This document shows, piece by piece, positions 57,176-64,000 of a DNA stretch of 64,000 bases. This DNA comes from Nitrospina sp. (GTDB taxonomy: Bacteria; Nitrospinota; Nitrospinia; Nitrospinales; JACRGP01). Location: positions 41,051 through 105,050 of the forward strand of contig JACAVV010000013.1 of assembly GCA_024648695.1 (NCBI GenBank), read 5' to 3'. Position 1 is the stretch's first letter. Each line of letters begins with the position of its first letter. Both the position numbers and the translations under genes were made by a program. The notes below the pieces were generated by a model, which saw only the letters and a program-made list of their open reading frames with translations, did no database searches and had not been told where the DNA came from.

Positions 57176-58162
57176 TCAATGGGTTGGAACTTTCATTTCG
57201 TTTTCCACATACCATTCATACGTTTGTTGCAATCCCTCTAGAAGGGAAACTTTGGGTTGGAACGGATACAGGCTCTTAAACTTACCAATATCCAGCAGTT
57301 TACGATTCAGGCCACAGGGTTTATCCGTTTTATAGATGGGCTGAACCCCTTTTCCAGAAACCTCAATCAATAAATCAACAATCTCCTTTACGGAATATTC
57401 ATCCTGCCCGCCCAGGTTGATGGGTTCGGAAGGCGGACCCGCTTCAATCATGCCGAGCAAAATTTTCACTGCATCCCTGACATACAGGTAACTCCGTAAT
57501 TGCGACCCATCCCCCCAAATTTCGGGAGCCTGGCCATTAGCAATTAAACGAACCAGATTCCCAATAAGATGAGCGCTTTCGGGATCAAAGTCATCTCCCG
57601 GACCGAACAGGTTTGAAAAACGAATGACCAGTGATTGTAGGCCAAATTCTTCCAAAAAGAAAGGAATCGCCGTCTCCAGCGTTCTTTTAGCCCAGGATGC
57701 TCCTTTACAAGACTCTACCGGATTGCCTTTAATAGAGGCGTTTTCATTGATAGGGACAGGTAGGTCCTCATCATAAACCAAAGCCCCGCTGGGATAGACA
57801 AAAAGCTTTACTCCCGTATAGGCCGCCGCCTCAAGCACCTGGAGATCCAGTATCGTGTTATAAGTCATCATTTCGGCGGGGTGTTTGGAGTTGTATCCCA
57901 ACCCTGCTATTTTGGATGCGAAATGAAATACGATCTCTTGTCCGCGAAGGCAGGAATTGGCAAAAACGGGATCGCGCAAGTCTCCGGATCGATATTCTAC
58001 ATATTGTTTGAATCCACCGATATCCAGTTTGCAGGAGGGTTTCTCCAACGAAACCACAGAAACACTTGCACCCAAATGAGCCAGACAAAGGGTAAGATGG
58101 GAGCCGATAAATCCGGTTCCTCCAGTTACCAAAACTTTTTTCCCCATCCAAAAAGCAGACAT
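57176..58162 (-). CDS. NAD-dependent nucleotide-sugar epimerase/dehydratase (extended SDR)
   Basis: KVLVTGGTGFIGSHL. 328 aa, with an SDR layout similar to GDP-fucose synthase or UDP-sugar epimerases. Confidence 0.85.
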   Translation of the reverse strand: MSAFWMGKKVLVTGGTGFIGSHLTLCLAHLGASVSVVSLEKPSCKLDIGGFKQYVEYRSGDLRDPVFANSCLRGQEIVFHFASKIAGLGYNSKHPAEMMTYNTILDLQVLEAAAYTGVKLFVYPSGALVYDEDLPVPINENASIKGNPVESCKGASWAKRTLETAIPFFLEEFGLQSLVIRFSNLFGPGDDFDPESAHLIGNLVRLIANGQAPEIWGDGSQLRSYLYVRDAVKILLGMIEAGPPSEPINLGGQDEYSVKEIVDLLIEVSGKGVQPIYKTDKPCGLNRKLLDIGKFKSLYPFQPKVSLLEGLQQTYEWYVENEMKVPTH

Positions 58163-58428
58163 AGCGCCCTCAAAAACGAAATAGTACTTTCTATGTAATT
58201 ATAAAAACTTTCCCAATTAAAACAAGTCACAGAAGACAATAACAGTCCACTTTAAGACCGACAAGTTTCTTTTTTATTTCAAATCAATTCATTATATTTT
58301 TTCAGGTCATATTAGTCGAACAAACCCTTTTTAGATTTGAAATTCAAAATTCTATCGAGTACCCTAATATTGTGATTTAGTATTCAAAATGGTTGGGGAA
58401 ATAATTTTTAAAATGCAAAGTCACTTTT

Positions 58429-59367
58429 TTGGGAGGTGACTTAAATTATTTACTTATAGGTTTTTTTTTTGTGAAACAGGTAGATTTTTTTGTCATCGGT
58501 ACCCAAAAAGGGGGAACCAAGTCACTTTATTCTTATTTTGATGCTCACCCAATGGTGCATATGCCCTATCATTTTGAGGTAGGATTTTTCACCTTTGACG
58601 AGCGTTATAAAAAGGGGCTGTCCTGGTATTTAAAAGAGTATTTTGGCAAAGCTGAAAAGCAAAAAAAATGGGGCGAAATTTCCCCCCAATACATGTCTGC
58701 CATATACTCGGCAAAACGCATCAAGGAACACTTTCCAAAGACCCATTTGATTTCCAGCCTGCGAAACCCTATCGACCGGGCCTACTCCGCTTACCGAATG
58801 ATGGTTCGAAAAGGTACTGAAAAAAGAACCTTCGAACAAGCAGTGGATGATCTTGAGCAAGACTTGATAAACCGGGATCCGATCATCGAATTTAACGAAA
58901 TTCTGGGTGAGTTCGAATATCTGCGGACAGGGTTTTACGGGTTTATCCTGAATCAATATTTACAGTTTTTTTCCAAAGATCAAATCAAGATCATTTTTAC
59001 AGAACATTTGCAATCCAGACCGGAAGATACCTTATATGAACTGTTTCAGTTTGTTGGCGTCGATGGATCAAAGCTACCGCACAATTATAAAGAAAAGCGC
59101 CATAAGGGAGGCGGACCCAGGTTTCCACTTCTAAACATGTTTTTTGATTCAAAGTTTTACAGAATCCTGGCAGAACCCATCAAACCTTTTCTTCCCAGAA
59201 AATGGCGAAACCTGAGTCATAAGATCCAGGAATGGAACGTTAGTCCTGATGACAATCCAACCCTTTCAACTGAACTGCGTTTGAAATTAAAAAGAATCTA
59301 TCAAAAAGATATTGAAATATTAGAGTCAACCTTTAATCTAAAGGTTCCCTGGTATGATTTTCATTAA
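58429..59367 (+). CDS. PAPS-dependent carbohydrate sulfotransferase (heparan-type Sulfotransfer_1-like)
   Basis: 5'-PSB FFVIGTQKGGTKSLY and 3'-PB SLRNPIDRAYSAY. The true start is probably the GTG near 58471 (VKQVDFFVIG); the track start is a TTG. Confidence 0.8.
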   Translation: MGGDLNYLLIGFFFVKQVDFFVIGTQKGGTKSLYSYFDAHPMVHMPYHFEVGFFTFDERYKKGLSWYLKEYFGKAEKQKKWGEISPQYMSAIYSAKRIKEHFPKTHLISSLRNPIDRAYSAYRMMVRKGTEKRTFEQAVDDLEQDLINRDPIIEFNEILGEFEYLRTGFYGFILNQYLQFFSKDQIKIIFTEHLQSRPEDTLYELFQFVGVDGSKLPHNYKEKRHKGGGPRFPLLNMFFDSKFYRILAEPIKPFLPRKWRNLSHKIQEWNVSPDDNPTLSTELRLKLKRIYQKDIEILESTFNLKVPWYDFH

Positions 59368-59406
59368 TTTTTTCATCGGCCCTTGAGGGAGAGTCAGGAA
59401 CACTTT

Positions 59407-59595
59407 ATGGAAAGTTTGGAACAAGCAAAAACCCGGGCAATTCAATCGGAAATGAAACGCCTGGGAAGAAAGTTAACAGGACCCGAAGTGCTTGAAATAG
59501 AAAAAAAGGTCACCAGGGACTATGAAGAGAAACATGGCAAACCCAAACCCAAAGAAGACCCCCACCTGCCTCTAGATATGTACCGTTTCGACTGA
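59407..59595 (+). CDS. Small highly charged hypothetical protein (62 aa)
   Basis: MESLEQAKTRAIQSEMKRLGRK..., preceded by AGGAA at ~7-nt spacing. No family recognised. Confidence 0.3.
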   Translation: MESLEQAKTRAIQSEMKRLGRKLTGPEVLEIEKKVTRDYEEKHGKPKPKEDPHLPLDMYRFD

Positions 59596-59699
59596 CCTTG
59601 AAAAATCACCCCCTAAAACTAATCCTTCACAGATCGCTCATAAAAGACGATAATATATTGTCACGATAACCCTAATATTAACAGCCACTTCAGACAATA

Positions 59700-61016
59700 A
59701 TGATCCGATCACTTGCTTTCATTTTAATCCTGTCTTTTTTGTTTACCGGTTGCGCCCTTGATAAGGAATCGTTGCGACGAAATGCGTCCCCAATTCCATA
59801 CCCGACTCCAAATTCAACCGCCGCCATCAAACCGTTTCCAAAACCGGGAGCGATTCCTGTTAAACGAAAAACTTATAATGATTATCGACTCGGCATTGAA
59901 GATGTCATAGAGATCACGGTAATCAATAACACATCTCTAAACACCACACAGGCGGTTCGCCCGGATGGCAAAATTTCTTTTTTCCCGACAGGAGATATCC
60001 ACGCCGATGGCTTGACCCTGGAGCAACTCAGATTGAAAATCGTTGAGCGATTAAAAAATGATAGTTCCAAACCCTATCTTCTGGGAGTGGGCGATGTTGT
60101 TTCCATTTCGGTGTACGATCACCCGGACCTCGAATTGACCCAGGCCGTTCGCCCCGATGGAAAGGTTTCCGTTTACCCCGGGCAAGCCATTCAGGCCGAA
60201 GGCCAAAATGTGGACGATTTACGAAATGTCATCACCGAGTATATGGCTGAGCTCGTTAAGAATCCGATCGTGAATGTAGTGGTCAAGGAATACAACAGCA
60301 ATCCCCTGATTATCACCGACCCGAAAGTCAATATTACCGTTGCAGAATACAACAGCAGAAAGGTAGCCATTTTAGGCTCAGTCGAAAAACCCGGTATCCT
60401 TCGTATGAAATCGGATACCAGTCTGATTGAAGGGATCTCCTTCGCCGGAGGGCTCACGGAAGACGCAGACCTCAGGCGTGCCATGTTATTTCGATCCGAA
60501 AAATTGATGCCGGTCAATTTTGAAAAGCTGTTCAAAAAAGGGGAGATCACGCAAAACGTTCAACTACAAGGACAAGATGTCATTTTCATTCCCAGCAGTC
60601 GTGACAACAAGGTGTATGTGATTGGAGAAGTGGAACGACCCGGGTCCGTTACCTGGACCGGCTCTCTCTCATTGCTGGAATCTGTCGCCCTCGCCGGGGG
60701 ATATACCAGGGACGCACAGACGCGTAATGTCCTGGTCATTAAGGGGGGACTGGTAGATCCCACCTTGCATTTGGTCGATGCCAAAGCTATCACCAAGGAA
60801 GGCCTGCTGGAAAACAATATCCCCCTGGAAACCGGAGACGTGGTGTACATACCCGAAACCGTCATGGCCTCAGCGGAGCGTTATTTCGAATTCGCCAGCA
60901 CCGTATTGCAACCGATTTTGTCGCTCGAATCAGGTATGGTATTGGGCAATACGGTTAAGGATATATTAACCGGCGAGTCGGCTGGAAACACTGGGACAAC
61001 GATTCAGTTGAATTGA
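59700..61016 (+). CDS. Wza-like outer-membrane polysaccharide export lipoprotein with duplicated Poly_export domain
   Basis: Lipobox LFTGC. Two tandem Poly_export-type segments (YRLGIEDVIEITV...AVRPDGKISF and YLLGVGDVVSISV...AVRPDGKVSV), followed by SLBB-like segments (VAILGSVEKPG, VYVIGEVERPG). Confidence 0.85.
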   Translation: MIRSLAFILILSFLFTGCALDKESLRRNASPIPYPTPNSTAAIKPFPKPGAIPVKRKTYNDYRLGIEDVIEITVINNTSLNTTQAVRPDGKISFFPTGDIHADGLTLEQLRLKIVERLKNDSSKPYLLGVGDVVSISVYDHPDLELTQAVRPDGKVSVYPGQAIQAEGQNVDDLRNVITEYMAELVKNPIVNVVVKEYNSNPLIITDPKVNITVAEYNSRKVAILGSVEKPGILRMKSDTSLIEGISFAGGLTEDADLRRAMLFRSEKLMPVNFEKLFKKGEITQNVQLQGQDVIFIPSSRDNKVYVIGEVERPGSVTWTGSLSLLESVALAGGYTRDAQTRNVLVIKGGLVDPTLHLVDAKAITKEGLLENNIPLETGDVVYIPETVMASAERYFEFASTVLQPILSLESGMVLGNTVKDILTGESAGNTGTTIQLN

Positions 61017-61097
61017 GTTTGAAGGCCAAATTGAATTTGCCTAAATCATTTTATTCCTTGGCCAATTACCGTTAACTAATTCCAGCTATGGATAAGA

Positions 61098-61128
61098 ATC
61101 CCCCCCTCACCCCGGGGGAGGGGGGGAT
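61098..61128. terminator. GC-rich perfect palindrome / hairpin downstream of the wza-like gene
   Basis: ATCCCCCCCTC-accccgggg-GAGGGGGGGAT has 11-bp perfect arms, and the centre CCCC/GGGG can also pair. There is no clear T-tract on either strand, so terminator function is an inference. Confidence 0.45.
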
Positions 61129-61226
61129 ACGCGTATCCGTACCATAGAGATTTCTAAACTCAACAGCATGGATCCATCCCTGTTTTTTCATAGCCCGTAT
61201 TTCAAATTTTTTGTCTCAATCTTAAT

Positions 61227-61643
61227 ATGCTTCCTTTAAAATATATCAAAGCTTGGAAAGTTCTGGGATACGCTTTAGTGGTCACTCTTATTATTTTGTC
61301 CATAATACCGACACGGGACCTAAACCGTGTATTGTTTGTCGGTTCTGACAAAGTCATTCACTTCCTTTATTACGGTATTCTCATGATTTGGTTCGGTCAA
61401 ACGCATGATGAAAACCATTATATTTCCCTCGCTTGGAAATTTGTTGCTCTGGGTCTGGCCCTGGAAATCGTGCAACACCTGCTACCTGTTCGGACTTTCG
61501 ATGTCTTTGATTTTTTTGCAGATGCGCTAGGAGTGCTGGCAGGATACGGGTTTGCTATGTATAATAAAGGTACCCTGTTTCTTTCTATAGAGCGGTTTAT
61601 TTTCAAGAATCCGATTACAAGCCCGGAAAACCCTGACTCTTGA
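61227..61643 (+). CDS. VanZ-like family membrane protein
   Basis: 138 aa with 4 TMs. DKVIHFLYYGIL and DFFADALGVLAG are typical VanZ-like motifs. Confidence 0.7.
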   Translation: MLPLKYIKAWKVLGYALVVTLIILSIIPTRDLNRVLFVGSDKVIHFLYYGILMIWFGQTHDENHYISLAWKFVALGLALEIVQHLLPVRTFDVFDFFADALGVLAGYGFAMYNKGTLFLSIERFIFKNPITSPENPDS

Positions 61644-61695
61644 AACAAGAGTGACATTTTATAAATGCTAAACCTCCCGATGAGAGGAAATCCGC

Positions 61696-62838
61696 ATGAG
61701 TTGGTTAAAAAATCTGGCCCTGGGGAAATTACCCCAGTACACGCGTAAGGCCCGTCATGTGCAACAGTTGGTAAAACACAGCACACCCCTGAAAATAGCG
61801 AATCTGATTCAGGCCGAGTTGGCTTTGCGCCAAGGCAAAACCCGGCTGAGGAGTTTCCCTTATATTTATATTATCGATCCCTGTAATGCCTGCGACCTGC
61901 GATGCCCTTTATGCCCCACTGGCAAACAAGAACTGGAACGGCCTACAAAAATGATGAGCTTTGAATGTTTTCAGTCCGTCATTGATCAAATCAAAGATTA
62001 CGCTATAGAAGTGATCCTGCACAATTGGGGCGAATCGTTTCTGAATCCCCGGATCTTCGACATGATCCGCTATGCACAAAGCGCCAATATCGGCACCAAT
62101 ATTTCTTCGCATTTTAATAACATCACGGATGAGATGATCGATCAAATGATCGACTCGGGCCTGGAAAATCTTTCGGTTTCGATTGACGGCGCTTCGCAGG
62201 AAGTCTACGAAACGTATCGAGTCACCGGCGATTTCGAAGATGCAATGGATAATCTGCGCCGACTGAAAAAAAGAAAAGATGAGCGCAACAGCAGAACCCC
62301 CGTCGTCGAATGGCAGTTTATCGTTATGAAGCACAACGAACACGAAATACCGATAGCCGAGAAAATGGCGGAGGAACTGGGGGTAGAACGCTTTCGTCTC
62401 TTATCCGTGGGCATGCCTTTTAATGAACTGGAAAACCTGGCACTTGCAGACCAATGGACCTCGGAAAACCCGGAGTTTCGCAGTTATCACCCGCAACCTA
62501 TTTTAGACCGGGGATATCTGTACGACGAATCCTGCTTTTATCCGTATCGCGCAATGGTGGTCAATCCCGATGGCGGCGTAGCGCCGTGTTGCGCCATCTT
62601 TCATGAGAAATGGGACTTTGGGGATATCAACAAACAAAGCATAAAAGAAATCTGGAACAACGATTATTATCGTTCCGCCCGCTCCCTGTTTGCCAAAAAA
62701 CCCATTGATAACCCGGTTCCCAATGCCTGTGATAACTGCCTGCTCTATAATCAAAAACACCCGCGGCCCAAACAGGAAGGAAACGGATCGGATTCAAAAC
62801 CTCCTCAAGCCCCTCAGCCCATGGAAGCTGTTTCCTGA
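61696..62838 (+). CDS. Radical SAM protein with C-terminal SPASM/twitch-like domain (paralog of 28534..29727)
   Basis: IIDPCNACDLRCPLCPTG (CxxxCxxC) and HNWGESFLNP. C-terminal CFYPY...PDGGVAPCCAIF...NACDNCLLY. Pro/Gln-rich tail. Confidence 0.85.
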   Translation: MSWLKNLALGKLPQYTRKARHVQQLVKHSTPLKIANLIQAELALRQGKTRLRSFPYIYIIDPCNACDLRCPLCPTGKQELERPTKMMSFECFQSVIDQIKDYAIEVILHNWGESFLNPRIFDMIRYAQSANIGTNISSHFNNITDEMIDQMIDSGLENLSVSIDGASQEVYETYRVTGDFEDAMDNLRRLKKRKDERNSRTPVVEWQFIVMKHNEHEIPIAEKMAEELGVERFRLLSVGMPFNELENLALADQWTSENPEFRSYHPQPILDRGYLYDESCFYPYRAMVVNPDGGVAPCCAIFHEKWDFGDINKQSIKEIWNNDYYRSARSLFAKKPIDNPVPNACDNCLLYNQKHPRPKQEGNGSDSKPPQAPQPMEAVS

Positions 62839-62895
62839 ATATGGTTAATCAAACACCCTCAATAGCCAAAACCTGGTCTTGCTCCCGGATCGCAG

Positions 62896-64000
62896 ATGCT
62901 CAGTCCATTTGATCTGTTGATAGTGGGAGCCGGTCCGGTAGGATGCGTGATCGCGGAACGGGCGGCGTCCCAACTGGGTTGGAAATGCCTGATTATCGAA
63001 AAGCGCAACCATATTGCAGGCAACTGTTATGACCGTTTTCACGAAAGCGGTATTCTTATTCATCAATACGGGCCACACTATTTCCGCACCAACAGCAAGG
63101 AACTGCTCGATTACCTGTCACAATTTACGGGGTGGATTCCGGGGAATTACATCGTTAAAAGTTCGACCCGGGGCGAGTTGTTTAATTTTCCCATCAACCT
63201 GAATACCCTTGAACAATTTTTCAAAACCAGTCTGGACGAAAATAAGGGAAAAGCTCTTATTGAACAGATTCGCGAACCAATTGAAACCCCTGGCAATTCC
63301 GAGGAATTTGTGCTGTCCCGCGTGGGAAAAGAAATGTATGAAGCGTTCTACCTGGGATACACCCTGAAACAGTGGGATCGACACCCTAAGGATCTTAGTG
63401 CGTCTGTATGCGGGCGAATTCCGATCCGGTTCAATCGCGATTGCCGTTACGTCGACCACGACTATCAGGTCACTCCCGATCATGGCTTCACAGCCATGTT
63501 TGCGAACATGATCAATCACCCGAACATTCAAGTAATGCTCCAGGCGGACTACCTTGAACTTAAAAAAGAGATCACACCCAAACGGGCCACTATATATTGT
63601 GGCTGTGTAGATGATTACTTTGAAAAAAAACTGGGTGCCCTGCCCTGGCGTTCGCTGGAGTTCGACTTCAGGGAATACGATAAGGAATATTTACAACCTT
63701 GTGTACAAATCAATTACCCTAATGAGCATGAATACACTCGTTCTGTGGAGATCAAGCACGTCACCGGCCAAAAGCACCCTCGGACCACGGTTTCGTATGA
63801 GTACCCTCGCTCCAAAGGCGATCCCTATTATCCCATCCCCGCCCCTCAAAACGCCGAATTGTACCAACGATACCAAAATCTGGCCGAACAGGAAACCCGC
63901 GAAAACAGGGTCCATTTTTGCGGTCGCCTAGCGACATACAAGTACATGAATACAGACGAAGCGATTGAATCCGCCCTGAAAACATTTGAAGGAATTAAAG
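62896..64000 (+). CDS. glf: UDP-galactopyranose mutase (3' end beyond window, probably nearly complete)
   Basis: Not in the ORF track (no stop in window). My translation: MLSPFDLLIVGAGPVGCVIAERAA...LIIEKRNHIAGNCYD...HQYGPHYFRTN...YYPIPAPQN...HFCGRLATYKYMNTDEAI. FAD-binding GxGxxG plus conserved Glf blocks. Confidence 0.9.
   Translation, partial: MLSPFDLLIVGAGPVGCVIAERAASQLGWKCLIIEKRNHIAGNCYDRFHESGILIHQYGPHYFRTNSKELLDYLSQFTGWIPGNYIVKSSTRGELFNFPINLNTLEQFFKTSLDENKGKALIEQIREPIETPGNSEEFVLSRVGKEMYEAFYLGYTLKQWDRHPKDLSASVCGRIPIRFNRDCRYVDHDYQVTPDHGFTAMFANMINHPNIQVMLQADYLELKKEITPKRATIYCGCVDDYFEKKLGALPWRSLEFDFREYDKEYLQPCVQINYPNEHEYTRSVEIKHVTGQKHPRTTVSYEYPRSKGDPYYPIPAPQNAELYQRYQNLAEQETRENRVHFCGRLATYKYMNTDEAIESALKTFEGIK

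Overview
This is a 64-kb bacterial chromosomal window. All calls rest on reading the sequence and the ORF translations by eye, with no BLAST or HMM searches. I found no rRNA, tRNA, CRISPR array, transposase or integrase.

Layout:
- Left ~16 kb is housekeeping. It holds two tandem hybrid sensor kinases, a dienelactone hydrolase, groES-groEL with a CIRCE operator, queF, a futalosine-pathway radical SAM enzyme, a pdxA-rsmA-cobA/hemD operon and pckA.
- About 16.3-45.8 kb is a very large glycan assembly and modification region. It contains 6 GT2 genes, 3 GT4 genes, 3 big polytopic GT-C-like membrane proteins (one with a TPR tail), 3 methyltransferases, a sulfotransferase, a radical SAM/SPASM enzyme and a 1250-aa cytoplasmic double-NHL-propeller protein. 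It is interrupted only by prfB (with its +1 frameshift site) and an MBL-fold hydrolase.
- 46-52.5 kb holds three small nucleotide-ligand-type proteins (cNMP-binding, LOG/PpnN-like, YajQ), an HpnA-like epimerase translationally coupled to a DUF422-like membrane protein, and a SurA-like PPIase.
- 52.5-53.6 kb is a 1.16-kb ORF-free, AT-rich region with promoter-like and palindromic elements.
- 53.6-64 kb is a second polysaccharide locus. It contains a B12-radical SAM enzyme, two NUDIX hydrolases flanking a priming sugar transferase, an epimerase, a heparan-type sulfotransferase, a Wza-like exporter with an internal duplication, VanZ, a second radical SAM/SPASM paralog and glf (open at the right edge).

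The most unusual candidate system is the minus-strand operon at 19.6-29.7 kb: rSAM/SPASM - GT2 - polytopic/TPR protein - GT2 - TM anchor - double-NHL giant. More broadly, the locus combines three radical SAM enzymes, two sulfotransferases and GT-C modules, with no Wzx, Wzy, Wzc or ABC exporter recognisable in the window.

Three genes are not correctly represented in the supplied ORF track: the left-edge kinase, the frameshifted 5' part of prfB, and glf at the right edge.
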